A stretch of 64,000 bases of DNA from Macrostomum hystrix (taxonomy: Eukaryota; Animalia; Platyhelminthes), in the NCBI GenBank assembly GCA_950097015.1, contig CATNEN010000003.1, positions 8,680,001 through 8,744,000 on the forward strand. Reading direction: 5' to 3'. Made by a program: the position numbers and the translations under genes. Positions 1 through 13,319 of the stretch are shown here, piece after piece. The first letter of the stretch is position 1. Every line of letters starts with the position of its first letter. Under the pieces are notes generated by a model. It was given only the letters and a program-made list of their open reading frames with translations, had not been told where the DNA came from and made no database searches.

Positions 1-1659
1 CGGTAGCTTGGCTAATAAAGCCTTAACCATTCCGTCTGACTGCGAACCAAAGTTACACCCGGTGAGGTCCAGCTCTTGAATGCCAGTAAGCGGATCAAAG
101 AACTGATGCCCGTGGCATTCTTTTTTATTTAAAAAATTATTGTGAGACAGACTGAGCACTCTTAGCTTTGAGCAGTTGCGAAACCATGTTCGACCAATCG
201 GACAAGGAGTCTTGAGTTTTTGCACGTCAACCAGATTATTGAGGTACAAAGCCGTCAGATTCGGTTGGTCGACAAACGCGTTGACAAGAGGTTCATAGTA
301 CCAGATATTTATCAGTTTCAAGGTTTCGAGGCCAGGCAAAATGCCTCTCAGATCTGTTGCCCCCAGCCTTATGGGGTTATAACTAAGGTCCAGGTAGGTG
401 ATTTGACTCTGATTAATGAGCAGTTCCTTTGGGAATTCGCTTAGCGTGTTATGGATCAGCCGAAGATTGCTCAACTGCGTTAGGCGGCTGAACGCATGCG
501 GTGGCAGATCTTCGTTGCTCAGTTTGCAGTTGGTCATCGACAGCAGGAACAGCTGGGGACAATCAAAGTACCTGTCGGCATCCGAGAAACTGATTCGCGA
601 GTGACTCAGCGATAAGCGTCTAAGCAGAGGCAGCGATCTGCATAGTGCGTTGAACTCCTCAAATGGAAAGCCTTGCTTCTTATAGTTGAACTCTAGTGCG
701 AGGGTTCTCATTTGAAGAGGTTCTCTAACGTGAGAGATGGCACTGAGCAGTTTTGGCAGCAGTTTTTCATCGAGTCCCGCTCCAGTCACGGAGACGTCTT
801 TCAGCGTCAAGTTTTGAAATGGCGTCGGTCCAATACTAACTAACCGGGTGCTATGAAATTGCAATTTGTATAGGTCGAAGCCTTTTAATCGTGCCGGACC
901 ATCTAAGCTGAATTTTTGTGTGCCACTGTCGGAAAACAATAACTCCAGCGCGCTCTTGGTTCCGAGATTGTTGAAGGACAAGCTCGAGAAGTTGCCGTTG
1001 ACCTTCGGCAGGCTGCCGTGCCAACGAAAGGCAAATGATAGCGAGCTCGTGTTCAGCACTAGGTCGATTCGATCAAACAGCTTTGGAGAAAAAACTACAG
1101 TGAACAGTTTCAATGCCGTCAATCTCAGTAGCGATCTAGGTCCGAAGCGTCGTTCCTTGACTTCGGCGGCCATGCCTTGGATAAGAATTTCTGTCAACCC
1201 TACCGGACAGCAGAAAATGTCTGAGAATTGTTCCAGGTCCATTGACATGTTACTGGATCGCAGCGCAAAGGCAGAAAGCTTTGGCAGTTTTGAAAAAACA
1301 CGAACCTGGTTAAACACGAAGCTGCAGAATGGGCCGATGCTTAGCTCCTTGATGCGACGCCACTGCTCATGGCGGAACAGGTCCGAAGTGAACTCAATGA
1401 TTGGATGTATCGAGCTACGTTGATTGCAGCTCAAGACTACTTTTCTCAGCGGACAGCTGTTCGGGTCGATTGAAGCGCCGATAGCGTCCATGCCTGCTTG
1501 GCTGAAGCAGTTCTGCATTGCTAAGCAAGTGAGAACTGTTTCGTCGTCTCTAAGGCTGCAGTCGCATTGCTCGGGGAACCTGCAAGGCACAGGTGAATCG
1601 GAGGCTTCACTGCCGGCGAATAGGTACAGTACGAGCAGGACTCTCAGACCAGTACTCAT
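1..1659 (-). CDS. Leucine-rich-repeat secreted/receptor protein (TLR-ectodomain-like), 3' part outside the window
   Basis: Manual minus-strand translation from ATG 1659 stays open to base 1 (absent from the ORF track because it has no stop). Signal-peptide-like MSTGLRVLLVLYLFAGSEA, Cys cap PCRFPEQCDCS, LRRs such as LRRLSLSHSRI, ITYLDLSYNPI, LRVLSLSHNNF, IQELDLTGCNF. Confidence 0.85.
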   Translation of the reverse strand, partial: MSTGLRVLLVLYLFAGSEASDSPVPCRFPEQCDCSLRDDETVLTCLAMQNCFSQAGMDAIGASIDPNSCPLRKVVLSCNQRSSIHPIIEFTSDLFRHEQWRRIKELSIGPFCSFVFNQVRVFSKLPKLSAFALRSSNMSMDLEQFSDIFCCPVGLTEILIQGMAAEVKERRFGPRSLLRLTALKLFTVVFSPKLFDRIDLVLNTSSLSFAFRWHGSLPKVNGNFSSLSFNNLGTKSALELLFSDSGTQKFSLDGPARLKGFDLYKLQFHSTRLVSIGPTPFQNLTLKDVSVTGAGLDEKLLPKLLSAISHVREPLQMRTLALEFNYKKQGFPFEEFNALCRSLPLLRRLSLSHSRISFSDADRYFDCPQLFLLSMTNCKLSNEDLPPHAFSRLTQLSNLRLIHNTLSEFPKELLINQSQITYLDLSYNPIRLGATDLRGILPGLETLKLINIWYYEPLVNAFVDQPNLTALYLNNLVDVQKLKTPCPIGRTWFRNCSKLRVLSLSHNNFLNKKECHGHQFFDPLTGIQELDLTGCNFGSQSDGMVKALLAKLP

Positions 1660-3453
1660 TGCCTTGTATCCAGATCAGTTGCGAAATTCTAGCCTCAGTT
1701 AATGAAATTCGATCGCTAAAGCGAGCGACAGCGATAAGGTAGAACGCAGTTAGCGTTTTAGTAGAAACGTTTGTCCTATGTATAAGTTATCAAAATAACA
1801 AACTCTGTGCCACTGATTTTGTGATGCGAAATAAATTAAGACCCAGGCACTCGCGCCTGATGTGTAGAACTGTAATCTACTGGACCATCTTCATATACGA
1901 GTACGTAGATGCCAAATTTTCATGCGATTCGCCTTTGACCTACATATAGAATCAAACGATATTTTAACTGGCACTGAACAGTTAATGTAATCGGGAAATT
2001 GGCACAATTACCTGCATCTGGGCATCCATTAATGTTCTACTCTGCAGAGTAGCAGAGTACAGAACTCTTCGTTGTCCAATGCTGTACACTGATTTTGGAA
2101 CAACTGCAATAGCTGTGATTGTGCTACTGGCTACACACCTGACCAAATAGGGTTGGGTATTTGGTTCTGTCTATTAGACATTAGATTGGCTATAATTTTG
2201 TTGAATATATGATAGTTTTAAAGAAAACTCGAGCCGTTCATCAAAATTCACAACGTTTAAATTTCCAAAACCTGTCTCAACTGTTCTAAAAGAATGAGCA
2301 TTTTTGTGAAGGAAACTGGTTTATTAACCAGTTATTAAACATTTATTAAGTAACCGGCAAAAAACGACGTCTTTAATTGCTATGGCCCATGTTGTCTCAA
2401 AAAAAGCCAGAACATAGAAAATGAGCTGCAAAGACATGTTTTCTCTGAACTTGCTTATTCTAAGGTTATAGGATTCAGAGCAGTTAAACCTTAAAAAAGA
2501 AAGTTTCAAAAAATGCTCACATCTAAACGAGTCTATTGTCGATGGTAGTTATCTAATCGCCGTGAATGAGTGGCTCCGTCTCCCGCGGCGCCTCCACCTT
2601 ACGGCCCGCGCCGCTGTACAACAGGAGGCCTAGCCGATTGGCCGAGTTGGCGCCAACGCCGCAGCCGCTGCAGTCCACAATCCTGTTCGGCTTGCACATC
2701 CGGTACAGATGGTGTATGTAATTATAGCCTATAGCCATACCGCTGACCACTGAGTACACACAAATGCAGGAGCGCAAATACATAATCAAACAAATATGTC
2801 AACCTGCCATGATTTTGACATTATCAGGTGCAATGCCTGCATGATATTTAATCTGGCCAATAGCCATGGATAGCAATGAAGTTTGGAGTATATCTTTGTA
2901 GTGACTGTGGTCGATTTGGGATCCCCGGCCTATAACAGTACTATTAAGTATGACACGAACAATCACTATAATCACACAGTACAGTACTAAGTAAGATACA
3001 GTACTCCGTACAGGCCTGGCACTCCGAAAGGAAAGACACGAATGCAGCGCTTACCGGTCGGAACGCAGGATGACAGGAGACTTCGATTTCGTTTATTTGT
3101 ATGAAATAACTTGAGACTTCGCAGTAAGAGACCGTCTTTACCGATGGAATCTTAAAGTTTGCCAGAGCGAGCGCGGTTGCCCCGGCAGGGGCAGATATTG
3201 ACAAACAAACAGGGCAGCACGGGGGCAGACAGGGGAGGCGGTGCACAAACAGAGTCAAGCGACCAGCGCGCAGGGAGGTGTGGGGTTGTACGCGCTGGCC
3301 GGGTGGACGGGCAAAGCTACGCAGAGCTGATTGGCGGGAGGGGCAAAGCCACGCAGGGCTGGGGTAAGGGTTGACAGACAATGCCCGTGCCCAGCAAATC
3401 AGATGGCGGCACAGGGCACCCTGAGCAGTCGACCTGAGAACACAGGCACTACA

Positions 3454-3687
3454 TCATTGTAGTAGGCTTATCCGAACATTAGACATGGGATTATCGTTGA
3501 CGATAAGTTTAGTCAGGTGTGGCATTTTTTTCTCGTATGAAGTAGTCAAGATTCGCGACATTGTTATCCGATATAGGACCAGAGTCTGAAGTGAAGTTAG
3601 ATTCACTAGCAGGGTCTTAATCACGCCATCAATTTGTAGACCAAATAGACATTTATCCAAATCCATATTTAGTTTAAACTTTTTCAA
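3454..3687 (-). pseudogene. Possible LRR gene fragment
   Basis: LQTLVLYRITM and LTKLIVNDNPM resemble LRR units; short and isolated. Confidence 0.3.
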
Positions 3688-4158
3688 ATAACATTATTCT
3701 GTTTTCAATATGTCCTATTGTGATCACAATGTCATTTCCGATAATCATTCAATGAATCCTGTCATTTCTAAAGATTCGGATTTTTATTTCACAAAGTCAA
3801 CAACAAGTCTATAAAGGTGCTAACTGAATAGCAACTGGTTTTTTATCATTGAGGTTTTCGAAGAGGTCAGTGGCCTCTTCAACCATTCCTACAAGAAACC
3901 GATAGGTAGCCACATAGATTTTTTCTGAGCACATCTGCTCAAGAACGGTTTCTCTAAAGCGGCTGTCTTCAGCGCTGAGCAGATCCTGATTCTGTTGCTG
4001 CTGCTGTTGCAGTCTTTGTTGCTGGACCGACTTCTGGTTTTCCCGCTGCTGCCCTTTGGCTGATCTTCTTTCGTCTTTGGCCACCTGCAGGAGTGTTGAG
4101 GTGTTTGAGTAAGACTCCATCAGAGAACGGCCAGGATTCGTTTGAGGGCTCAAGAGTC

Positions 4159-4338
4159 GATTTGGTTAGCGTCATCATGGATTAGGGGATTGGGTTAGCG
4201 TCATCATGGATTTGGGGGATTGGGTTAGCGTCATCATGGATTTGGGGGATTGGGTTAGCGTCATCATGGATTTGGGGATTTGGTTAGCGTCATCATGGAT
4301 TTGGGGGATTTGGTTAGCGTCATCATGGATTTAGGGGG
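4159..4338. repeat. ~30-bp tandem repeat, ~6 copies
   Basis: gatt(t/g)ggttagcgtcatcatggatttgggg units seen directly. Confidence 0.9.
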
Positions 4339-5511
4339 GAGTTATGAGCATGAGAGTAGAACTCATCAACATGAGAATTGTAGACTCATCGTAGAGTTGA
4401 ATAAAACTAGTGAACTGCTTATTTAGCTACCAAAGATTCGGGGTCAAGGAGCTAAGTCGCCATTGAACGCATCTACCCTCGCAACAGTCTAAAATTAATG
4501 CAGTTTCACAGCAAAGCCTTACCGATCTGGGTCGCTGCGACGACCTTGCACTGCCGGTGCTTTTTGAAGCAGCCGACGATGGTTGCTGCTGCCTCTGACG
4601 CCTGCCACCAGCGAATCGAGAACGACGAGTGGCTGAAGATTATGGCGAGTTGTCAAAGAGACTTCAAATTCTAAACCTCGATCTTTTCATTTAACGCAAA
4701 CATTTTTCATAATAAGTCAGTCTCTAAGTTTCAAATTATGTCAGTACTCGTACATGTACGACAAGGCCCGTCAGCTTGCGTAGCATTTAACTGCAGTCAA
4801 AAAAGGAAATAAAAGGTTCGAGTGCCACATTTAAATTCCTGTCGTTTTAAACAAAAAATGAGAGACAATACATATTGGCTACAGAGAACTACAAGTTAAT
4901 CTATTCATTAATTAAATGACTAATTGTTCTAAATGATTACCAATCAGATCAGTATCGACATCGATCTCGTAGAGAGCCTCATCATCACAATGAATGCCTC
5001 CAGAGTCTTTGTCATTGTACTCTGATGATTCTTCACTGGTGTTGTTAAAAGCGACTGAATGTAAGTGCAGGTGTAGAATGATAAACATTGGTGCTGTCAT
5101 AGGTGCACAATAATATTATTATTAACTTTAACTCGCAGTACACCAATAGATTAGTTTTTTGCTAAAAAAAACAATTTTTTAAGATCCAAGCGAAAAGGAA
5201 CATTCACTGCTGAACTGATTCAACTGCGGTCAACTGTAGAAGTAATCTGTTGGAACCCAAAGCTTGGGGACTGCACGTTAAAAGATTTCTCTTCCGTTTT
5301 TCGAATTGATTTAACAAAGAGTAGTGAAAAAATGTATTTTTTAATTAGAGCGAAGTAAAACAAAAAAGTATAGCAAAATTTATTTTTTCTGTGTACATTT
5401 TTGTCAGTAGAGATAGAAGCTAAGCTACCTAAACATGCCCTGCGGCATACTTGTACCAGTGCTTTGTAATCAGATCTGCGATAGTTTTTTGACGCCATCT
5501 ATCATATTCGT

Positions 5512-6267
5512 TCAGTCGAAGGGAGAAAGGCACTCGCACAGGACAGCGCCAGGTGTGCCTGAGGAATCCCAAAAGTCTGCGAGCTTATCGTGAGAGGACC
5601 AGCGCCCGATAGTATTCTCTCGATTTTGGTCGTTGTTCGGCTCACCGCTGCCCCACAAACTGCCGTCCAGGTTGGTGTTGCAGCCGACCCAGTACCAGCC
5701 TCCTGCTGGCTCCGGACTGCCAGGAGCTTGCAGACCGCCGAGCCAGAAGGAGATGCCTCCAGCCTTGTTGCTGTAGATCATGTCGACACGGCTCATCTCG
5801 GTAGCGTCGGTCACATCGGCCATGATCACCAGACCGCTCTCCGACTCGCACTTCTGCCTGCTCGGCCACCAGGTTCCCGTGCCAAAGTACAGCTTGTACT
5901 TCACTCCGCACAGGTCGTCTCCGTAGCCAGTCGGACACAGCTGGCCAGCCTCGAGTCCCGGCTGCTGCTTCACAAACACCTGGCCTCTCCTGGAGCAGCT
6001 GCAGTCCCTCACCGACTTGCTGCACTTGTCGAACACGAACAGCTGACACGGACCGTCAGCCATGGTGAAGGCCTGGCAGTTTGTCATCAGAAAGCACATC
6101 ACAGAACAGCGGGTGAGTGACATCACTGCTTGAGTCCTGACAAACTCAGGTCGGATGCACAGGTATCCGATTTTGTCATCGAAAGCCACACCGGCATAGC
6201 AGGGTACGAAGGATCGATGCACCAGCATCAGCACCAACAGGAAGCTTTTGTGCTCTGAGAACAGCAT
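5512..6267 (-). CDS. Secreted C-type lectin with N-terminal PAN/apple-like Cys domain
   Basis: Hydrophobic N-terminus; CSVMCFLMTNCQAF (PAN-like); CTLD motifs FWLGG, WYWVG, WGSGEPNN (EPN motif), terminal LCE. Confidence 0.85.
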   Translation of the reverse strand: MLFSEHKSFLLVLMLVHRSFVPCYAGVAFDDKIGYLCIRPEFVRTQAVMSLTRCSVMCFLMTNCQAFTMADGPCQLFVFDKCSKSVRDCSCSRRGQVFVKQQPGLEAGQLCPTGYGDDLCGVKYKLYFGTGTWWPSRQKCESESGLVIMADVTDATEMSRVDMIYSNKAGGISFWLGGLQAPGSPEPAGGWYWVGCNTNLDGSLWGSGEPNNDQNRENTIGRWSSHDKLADFWDSSGTPGAVLCECLSPFD

Positions 6268-6679
6268 GCTCAATAGAAGAACAGATTGAACACTCTATAG
6301 CAGGTTGATCAAATCGTCTCGAATGGTTTGAGATTTTTCGGCAGTTTTTATGCGCCTGGTTTTGACTAAGTGCCACGATCGTCTAGTAAGCTGTCAATCA
6401 ATCGTAGCTTCAGAATAGAATATGTTTGGTGACTTAGCATTTGAAATCTCATTGTCTTGAAACATAAAGCGTTGAAAACATATATTTAGCGCGAAAGGAA
6501 GCATGCTAACGATTCAACAGTCAATGGAAAACAAGTGAGAAATTTCGCGTCGGCAAACAATCAAACCGATTGCCTCAAGTATTTTTTTTTTTAATTTAAA
6601 TTTTTTATGAATTTTGAAATCACAGTCGAGACACTAAATATAGAAAATCATTGTTCGATAGAACAAACGAATTGGGGGC

Positions 6680-7410
6680 AATTTTTGGATTTCGATGGAT
6701 TTCGATGGGTTTTGATGAATTTCGATGGAATTTGATGAATTTGATGAATTTCGATGGAATTTGATGAATTTGATGTATTTCGATGGATTTCGATGGATCA
6801 GGGGGCAGCACAATGGATTGCAATGGATTTGGGGACATCCCGATAGATTTGGACGGATTTTGATGGATTTTAATAGATTTTGATAGATTTCGATGGATCA
6901 GCGGGCGGCTTAATAGATTTGGGGACATCGCGATGGATTTCGATAGATCTGAGGACATCACGAAGGATTTCGATGGATTTTGATGGATTTCGATGGATCT
7001 GAGGACATCACGAAGGATTTCGATGGATTTTGATGGATTTCGATGGATCTGAGGACATCACGAAGGATTTCGATGGGTTTTGATGGATTTCGATGGATCT
7101 GAGGACATCACGAAGGATTTCGATGGGTTTTGATGGATTTCGATGGATCTGAGGACATCACGAAGGATTTCGATGGAATTTGATGAATTTGATGGATTTT
7201 GATGGATTTCGATGGATCTGAGGACATAACGAAGGATTTCGATGGATTTTGATGGATTTCGATGAGGACATCACGAGGGATTTCGATGGATTTTGACGGA
7301 TTTCGATGGATTTGGATGGATTTTTTATGGATTTCGATGGATTTTGATAGATTTCGATGGATTTTGATGAATTTAGATGGATTGTGATGGATTTCGATGG
7401 ATCTGAGGTG
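6680..7410. repeat. Low-complexity gatggattt(c/t) minisatellite with ~50-bp higher-order units
   Basis: Repeated gatggatttc and gatctgaggacatcacgaaggatttc. Confidence 0.9.
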
Positions 7411-8098
7411 ATCTGTTTATTGAGTAATTTTTTCCTTGCTACGTGTGGGTCTCCAGTGGCTTTTCTGATTAATTGTTATCGTTTTATTCAAATCAAATTT
7501 AACTGTTATTGAAGTGCTCTGCTCAGCATAAAAAGCTTTTTGGCATGATGAAAAATCACTGAATGGTTTCAATTTAGTATTTTGGAATAGAATTGATTGA
7601 AAAATTTCCCAGAATGTCACTATCACGTTTGCCCCGTAGATAACTAGTAGATTTAGTCTCACAGCACAGCTGCAAATTTATGAACCGATTGCCATGTATT
7701 TAGAATATTTTTCAACCTTTTGTTGATTTCGACTTGTAACTGATTAAGCCTCAGTACTAGTGTTAAATCATTCTTAAGAACTAATGATGCCACTATTAAA
7801 TGTGAAATACAGAAGATATAAAAATGAGGGCATTAAAAACATTTCCCGTTCTACTGTTAAAAGTTCTGTCTGTGGTCATGACGCAACTGTCCTGTGCATT
7901 GAAAAACATTTTTGAATAAAATTTGAGGTGCTTAGGTGTATTGACACCTATATTGATTACAGGTATAAAAAATTAAGAATGAAGTTGTTCAATTTTGGCA
8001 AACGAACACACCAAAATAAATAAATAAACAAGTGCAGAGTGCAAAGTTGCTAGAAAATTAATCCGATCACAGCTGCTCATAGACTAAAATTATGATCG

Positions 8099-11000
8099 CT
8101 AATCAGACGACTCACATGGATCCGGAAAATCAGCTTCCAGTTCTGGCAGTCCACTGACGAATCGTTGATAGTGCCAGAAGTTGAAAATCTTGTCCATTGT
8201 CTCCATTACCAGTCCGTAACTGCAGAGAAATTTCGAATGTTCTTAGCCAGTGTGGCACAGGCGCAGTTACTTTAAAGGGCAATGTACGAGTGTACGCGAT
8301 CCTCAATACTCACCACAACACGTAGCGCTTTTGGCTGGCATTGCGTCCGCCAAGATCGATCTGGAAGGACATGCGGGCATCCACCAGGACGAAGAGACGC
8401 CCTACAGCCTGCGAAGCAGCCGCAGCTGTTGAGGCTGAGGCTGACGAGGACAGCGCTGACGAAGTAGTCGATGCCGAAGAGACCGCTGTGACTCCATCGA
8501 GAGCGAGCAGCTTCTTTCGCAGGCTGGTAACGCTCAGATCCCAATCATCGTCCGCAGCATTTTTCATAGCCTTCGCTGAACTCTTTGAAGCGCCTCGACG
8601 TTCTGTCGTCGTCGCGGATGTTCCGTGGAGTCGTCGAAGCTGCGCTAGCAGATTGGCGTCCGGTTGCCAAAACATTCGACCGAGTCTGCAAACAGCCAGA
8701 CTTTGGTTGGCGTTTAGAAAGGCCTCAGTTTCATCCAAACTGTCTTCAAAAATGTTGTGCGACTTATTTTGGCTGATCTCAGTTACGCCCAGCAGAAGCT
8801 CGTCAAGAATGTTGGTCACCATTCTGTCCGAAAAGCAAATGAAATTTTGGAAAAACTTAAATGATGTTTTAAACAACATATTTTTTGGTTTATCAAAAGT
8901 AGATTTTTTAATCGCTATCATCTCGTCTTTACGATTCAAAACAAAAAATCTATTCTTCAAGCGATGACGTAATACATGTCAAGTCGAATAAATATAGTCA
9001 TTTGAGAAGTGCACGTTTACAACAATCTAAAGCTTTTATCAGCTTAATACAGCTAATCTACAGCTACTCGTATAATGATAATTATAATTATAAGAATAGT
9101 TTATTGCACCTGCCCCAATCCGGCCAGATGTGCAGCCGACAGCACAGCCGCAGCTATTGCGCGGCGCATCTGAAGGCTGCGTACGGCTGTTCAGTCCATG
9201 GACTGGGGGTGGGAGATGGACCACACCCACCCTCAATTACCCCAGCTAATTCTGGTACCCATTTCACATGGGTCAACTGGAGCTTTGCAAAGCTAAGTGT
9301 CAAACACTGTTTCAGTGGAGTCGGGAATCGAACCCTCTACCTGCTAGTCGTGATTCCGATGCTCTAACTTATTGGGCTAGAACCCCCTGGCTACAAATAC
9401 AACCATCTACTGTCATCTACAGCTATCTTTATCACCAAATGAATCGTGTCAACGCAGCTGTCGTTATAAACATGTTATGGAAACTTTAGCAAGTGAGAAT
9501 ATAACCTGTTAATGTCAATGCCGTGATGTCATTAGTTCAAAAGCAAAAATATTAAAGTAAAACTTTAATCTGCCAGCAGTACACACCTGACAGCCCACCG
9601 ACGAGCCAGAGTGTCCTCTAGATCAGCCCTGACCTCGGCATTGGCGTCTGGCTGCACTGCTAGGCCGCGAAGGACAATCGTTAGGTCAGCACCTCCGAGC
9701 AGCGTAGGCGTCGTCTCCAGGCGCCAGCGCTCGGTGAAGAGGCCCGGCTGGCTAGACTTGAAGATGAATGGAAAGTGCAGCAGCTCGCCGGGAAGTAGTA
9801 CGCCACCGCCAGTGTCGAAGTAGAAACGACGCGACAAAGATTTGGCAAAGCCGAATGGGTTCTGCTGCTCTTGACGCTGCGGGTGCATCGCCATATTACG
9901 CTATCACGCTCACCTGACTCATCTGATTAATGCGATTTGGTGAAACGACTCAAAACCTCTGCTTTGAACTCACTGAAACCATCAACTTGGAACTCACTGA
10001 AACCATCAGCTTGGAACTCACTGAAACCATCAGCTTGGAACTCACTGAAACCATCAGCTTGGAACTCACTGAAACCATCAGCTTGGAACTCACTGAAACC
10101 ATCAGCTTGGAACTCACTGAAACCATCAGCTTGGAACTCACTGAAACCAACAACTTGGAACTCACTGAAACCATCAGCTTGGAACTCACTGAAACCAACA
10201 ACTTGGAACTCACTGAAACCATCAACTTGGAACTCACTGAAACCATCAGCTTGGAACTCACTGAAACCATCAGCTTGGAACTCACTGAAACCAACAACTT
10301 GGAACTCACTGAAACCATCAGCTTGGAACTCACTGAAACCATCAGCTTGGAACTCACTGAAACCAACAACTTGGAACTCACTGAAACCATCAACTTGGAA
10401 CTCACTGAAACCATCAGCTTGGAACTCACTGAAACCATCAGCTTGGAACTCACTGAAACCATCAACTTGGAACTCACTGAAACCAACAACTTGGAACTCA
10501 CCTCCGATTCTAATCAATATAAATTACCTAAATTTCTGACATGAAACCGATGTGCATGTTTGCATCTCACCTTCCACCTGTAGAACAGCACTGTAGTACC
10601 ATCGTTTTCAAACTCCAGGCACTGCGATGTTGGTTGGCCAACTGTTGTGTCAAGAATGACTCGAGCCTCAATTCCAGGAGTCCCTCGATAACGATAAGGA
10701 TCGCCTAGCCAACGAGCTGGTTGACCACCGAAGAGCAGAGATGGCCCTGACACTCGATGCTGGAGTGTCTGTTGATGCTCCATTCGCTGCTGCTGTTGCT
10801 GCTGTTGTGCGGGCCTAATTGTTGTCAAATAAGAAACGTTAAGGTGTTGATCGTTTCTGATTGAGTGAACTAGATATATTATTAAGGATGACTAGGCATT
10901 GTGTTTTTTAATTTAATTAGTCCTTGTATATAAATTTTAGTAACTGTGATTTAGTAGTTTGTGCATTCGTTTAATTGATTTTTTGTTTGTGAATGAGTGA

Positions 11001-13319
11001 AGGAATTGAGTCATTTTGTTATAATTAGTATATGTAATTGATAGTTTATAATCTCACTTGACAGCAACTACAGACGGAACGACGGCGGTAGTCGGCCTAG
11101 ATTCAATCCTAGATGTGGCTTTCATTTCACCGCCGTTCGGTGTGCCGCATCGGCCTAAAACAGCCAAGCTGTGGACGTCAGGTTTGTGGGGCTCCAGTTC
11201 CGCAATGACAGCGGCCAATTCTGATGTCCGCTTGAGAAGATACCCCGGTTGCTCCAGCTGCCACTGCTGTGTACTGCTGTAGCGCTTCCAAGGATAGCGA
11301 GGAGATGCCGGAGTTCTTGGCGTTGAAGAACGGGACGATGTTGATGTTGGAAGTCCTCGTTCGGCTCGAGCAACTGCAGACAGTCCGATGTGTTCAACCG
11401 GTGGCGGATAGCCTTGCTGGGTCATTGTCAGCGTGGTGCTGAAATCATTCAGGAGCAAGAATGAGCTTGGAGTCCAAGGCTTGAGAACTAAGACTTTGTG
11501 ACCGAGAGGTCAAAAGAGAAACAGCTTGTCATTGAGCATGACAATTTGTACTCAGTTTTTTAAGCTAACTGAGTTGTTCTATTTGGTTATCAAATATTAC
11601 GAATGAAAATCAAAATAACAGATGCTCGTCTTGCTACTGTTAATTGAAGGCTTCAACTGACAATGTCGAGGCAGTGTTTTGCCAAACTGCTTACTGGATT
11701 CCCATGGCCACATCGCCGATTCGATCTGCCTGCTGCCAGAACTCGCTACCGTGTCGATCTGAAAACAAATAATTACACTAATTCATGATAGAATCAGAAA
11801 AAAGTTGCGGTTCTAACTTAGACCAGCACCTTGCAAGTCCAACTTACATCCCTTGCCGTAGTCAAAGAATGGAATCGCTCTACCAATCAAGTCTTTGTCT
11901 TCAACGTCGGTTCTTTGAAAATCGGTCGCGTTCATCAATAACTCACCGATCGGACGATCCAGTAGCTCTGTTTGTTTTAGAGTTAAAAAAATGAAAATTA
12001 ATTTTGGATGTCAGAATCCAAAATCAAATATTTCTGATAGAAATCATTCAAGTGTGCCGGAAGGGAATGAGGTGTGCAGGAAGGGAATGAGGTGTGCCGG
12101 AAGGGAATGAGGTGTGCCGGAATGGAATGAGATGTGACTGAAGGCAATGAGGTGTGACGGAAGAGACTGGCTGTTAACAACCACCCAGCTCACTGGAGAT
12201 GCGGCCCTGCAGTCGTTTCCGATCGGCCATCCGCAACTGCCAGTTATTCAAGGCTGCCATGTCGGCAGCCGGTGCCGGAAAGGGCGGCGGAGGTTCCGGT
12301 GGCTTTTGCAGCCGGCCTTCAACCACCTCGGCGTCTTCCGCGACCTCTGGTGGCACCTCATCCGGTCGAAGGTGTCCTTTAGCCACAGCCAGACGATAAT
12401 AGTCAGCCGGACTGCCCAGGATGCTGTGCCCAATTAGGCGGCCGCGAAGATCGAAGCGGGGACCTGACTCACCGTTGGCTGCTGCTGGTTCCGTTGTCAT
12501 GACAACAGCTGCAGCGTCTGCAGGTACTGCTGGCTGAATTTGTAGAATTACAGGAAGATATAAAGACAAAAAAATAAATACGAATTTATAGAATACGTTA
12601 CCTTGACAACGGTTGGAGGCTGTCGCTTTAACAAGCCAATGCGACGCATATTCTGTTTCCGCTGATCGAATGGTATCTCTTTTCGCACGGGCACGGTCTT
12701 CTGTAGCTGCTGCTGCTGCTGCTGCTGTTGCTGATCTTGTTTTACTAACTGTAGAGTTTAGAAGTATATTATTCATTTCGAGGTCTTAAGAGTACTTTAG
12801 ATGCCTAAATTTATTTCCGTTTCAATATAATGAAACTAACATTTAACTTACATCAACCAAATCGGCTTCCTTGATCTTAAGGCGGGCGATCTCTTCATTA
12901 AATATGGGACGATTCGATGACAATTCCGGGCCGTCCGCGCATTCCTTGTCGGGCGTTGATGCGCCACCATCTCTTTTGGCCCGGTGTGCTCGTTTATCTA
13001 ATGCAAATTAGGATGGTTCGTAGCATGTATTGCTTCTTTGTCTCAACTACACTACTTATGACGTCATCATAAGTAGCAAGTAATGCTTTTTAGAGGATTT
13101 TTTCTTTTGAACAAAAATATGCAAAAGTAATATCTGTGACAGATTAAAAATTAAAACGTGATAGAAAGAATCTTGCAAACGACTTTTATTAAGCCTGTAG
13201 CAGTTTTTATTTTCGTGAATTTTTTGGGAGTGACAAAATTTGTGCCCCAAGACATGTAAAATAACTTTTCATGTGAAGTAACAATTGTCAAATTTTCAAG
13301 TTACCCTCATCAAGCTCAT
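8099..13319 (-). CDS. MYCBPAP: MYCBP-associated protein, multi-exon
   Basis: Exon peptides GPRFDLRGRLIGHSILGSPADY, ALNNWQLRMADRKRLQ, FENDGTTVLFYRWK and RFYFDTGGGVLLPGELLHFPFIFKSSQPGLFTERWRLETTPTLLGGA match MYCBPAP as I recall it. Putative ATG 13319; last exon YGLVMETMDKIF ends at TAG 8101-8099. Internal junctions not all resolved. Confidence 0.85.
9107..9380 (-). mobile_element. tRNA-derived SINE, family A (intronic)
   Basis: Minus-strand head with B box GGTTCGATTCCC; body near-identical to 14023-14286 (ggccagatgtgcagccgacagcacagccgcagctattgcgcggc). Confidence 0.75.
9965..10501. repeat. 24-bp intronic tandem repeat, ~22 copies
   Basis: ttggaactcactgaaacca(t/a)ca(g/a)c units. Confidence 0.95.
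12052..12163. repeat. 20-bp intronic tandem repeat
   Basis: gtgtgccggaagggaatgag, about 5 copies. Confidence 0.85.

Noticed and set aside
220-1702. Plus-strand ORFs
   Set aside because: Antisense shadows of the minus-strand LRR gene.
3809-4178. Gln-rich ORF as a gene
   Set aside because: No recognisable domain or confident exon structure; cannot be supported.
6620-6961. 113-aa ORF
   Set aside because: Derived from the gatggattt minisatellite.
9927-10544. Four ~200-aa repetitive ORFs
   Set aside because: Products of a stop-free 24-bp repeat inside a MYCBPAP intron.
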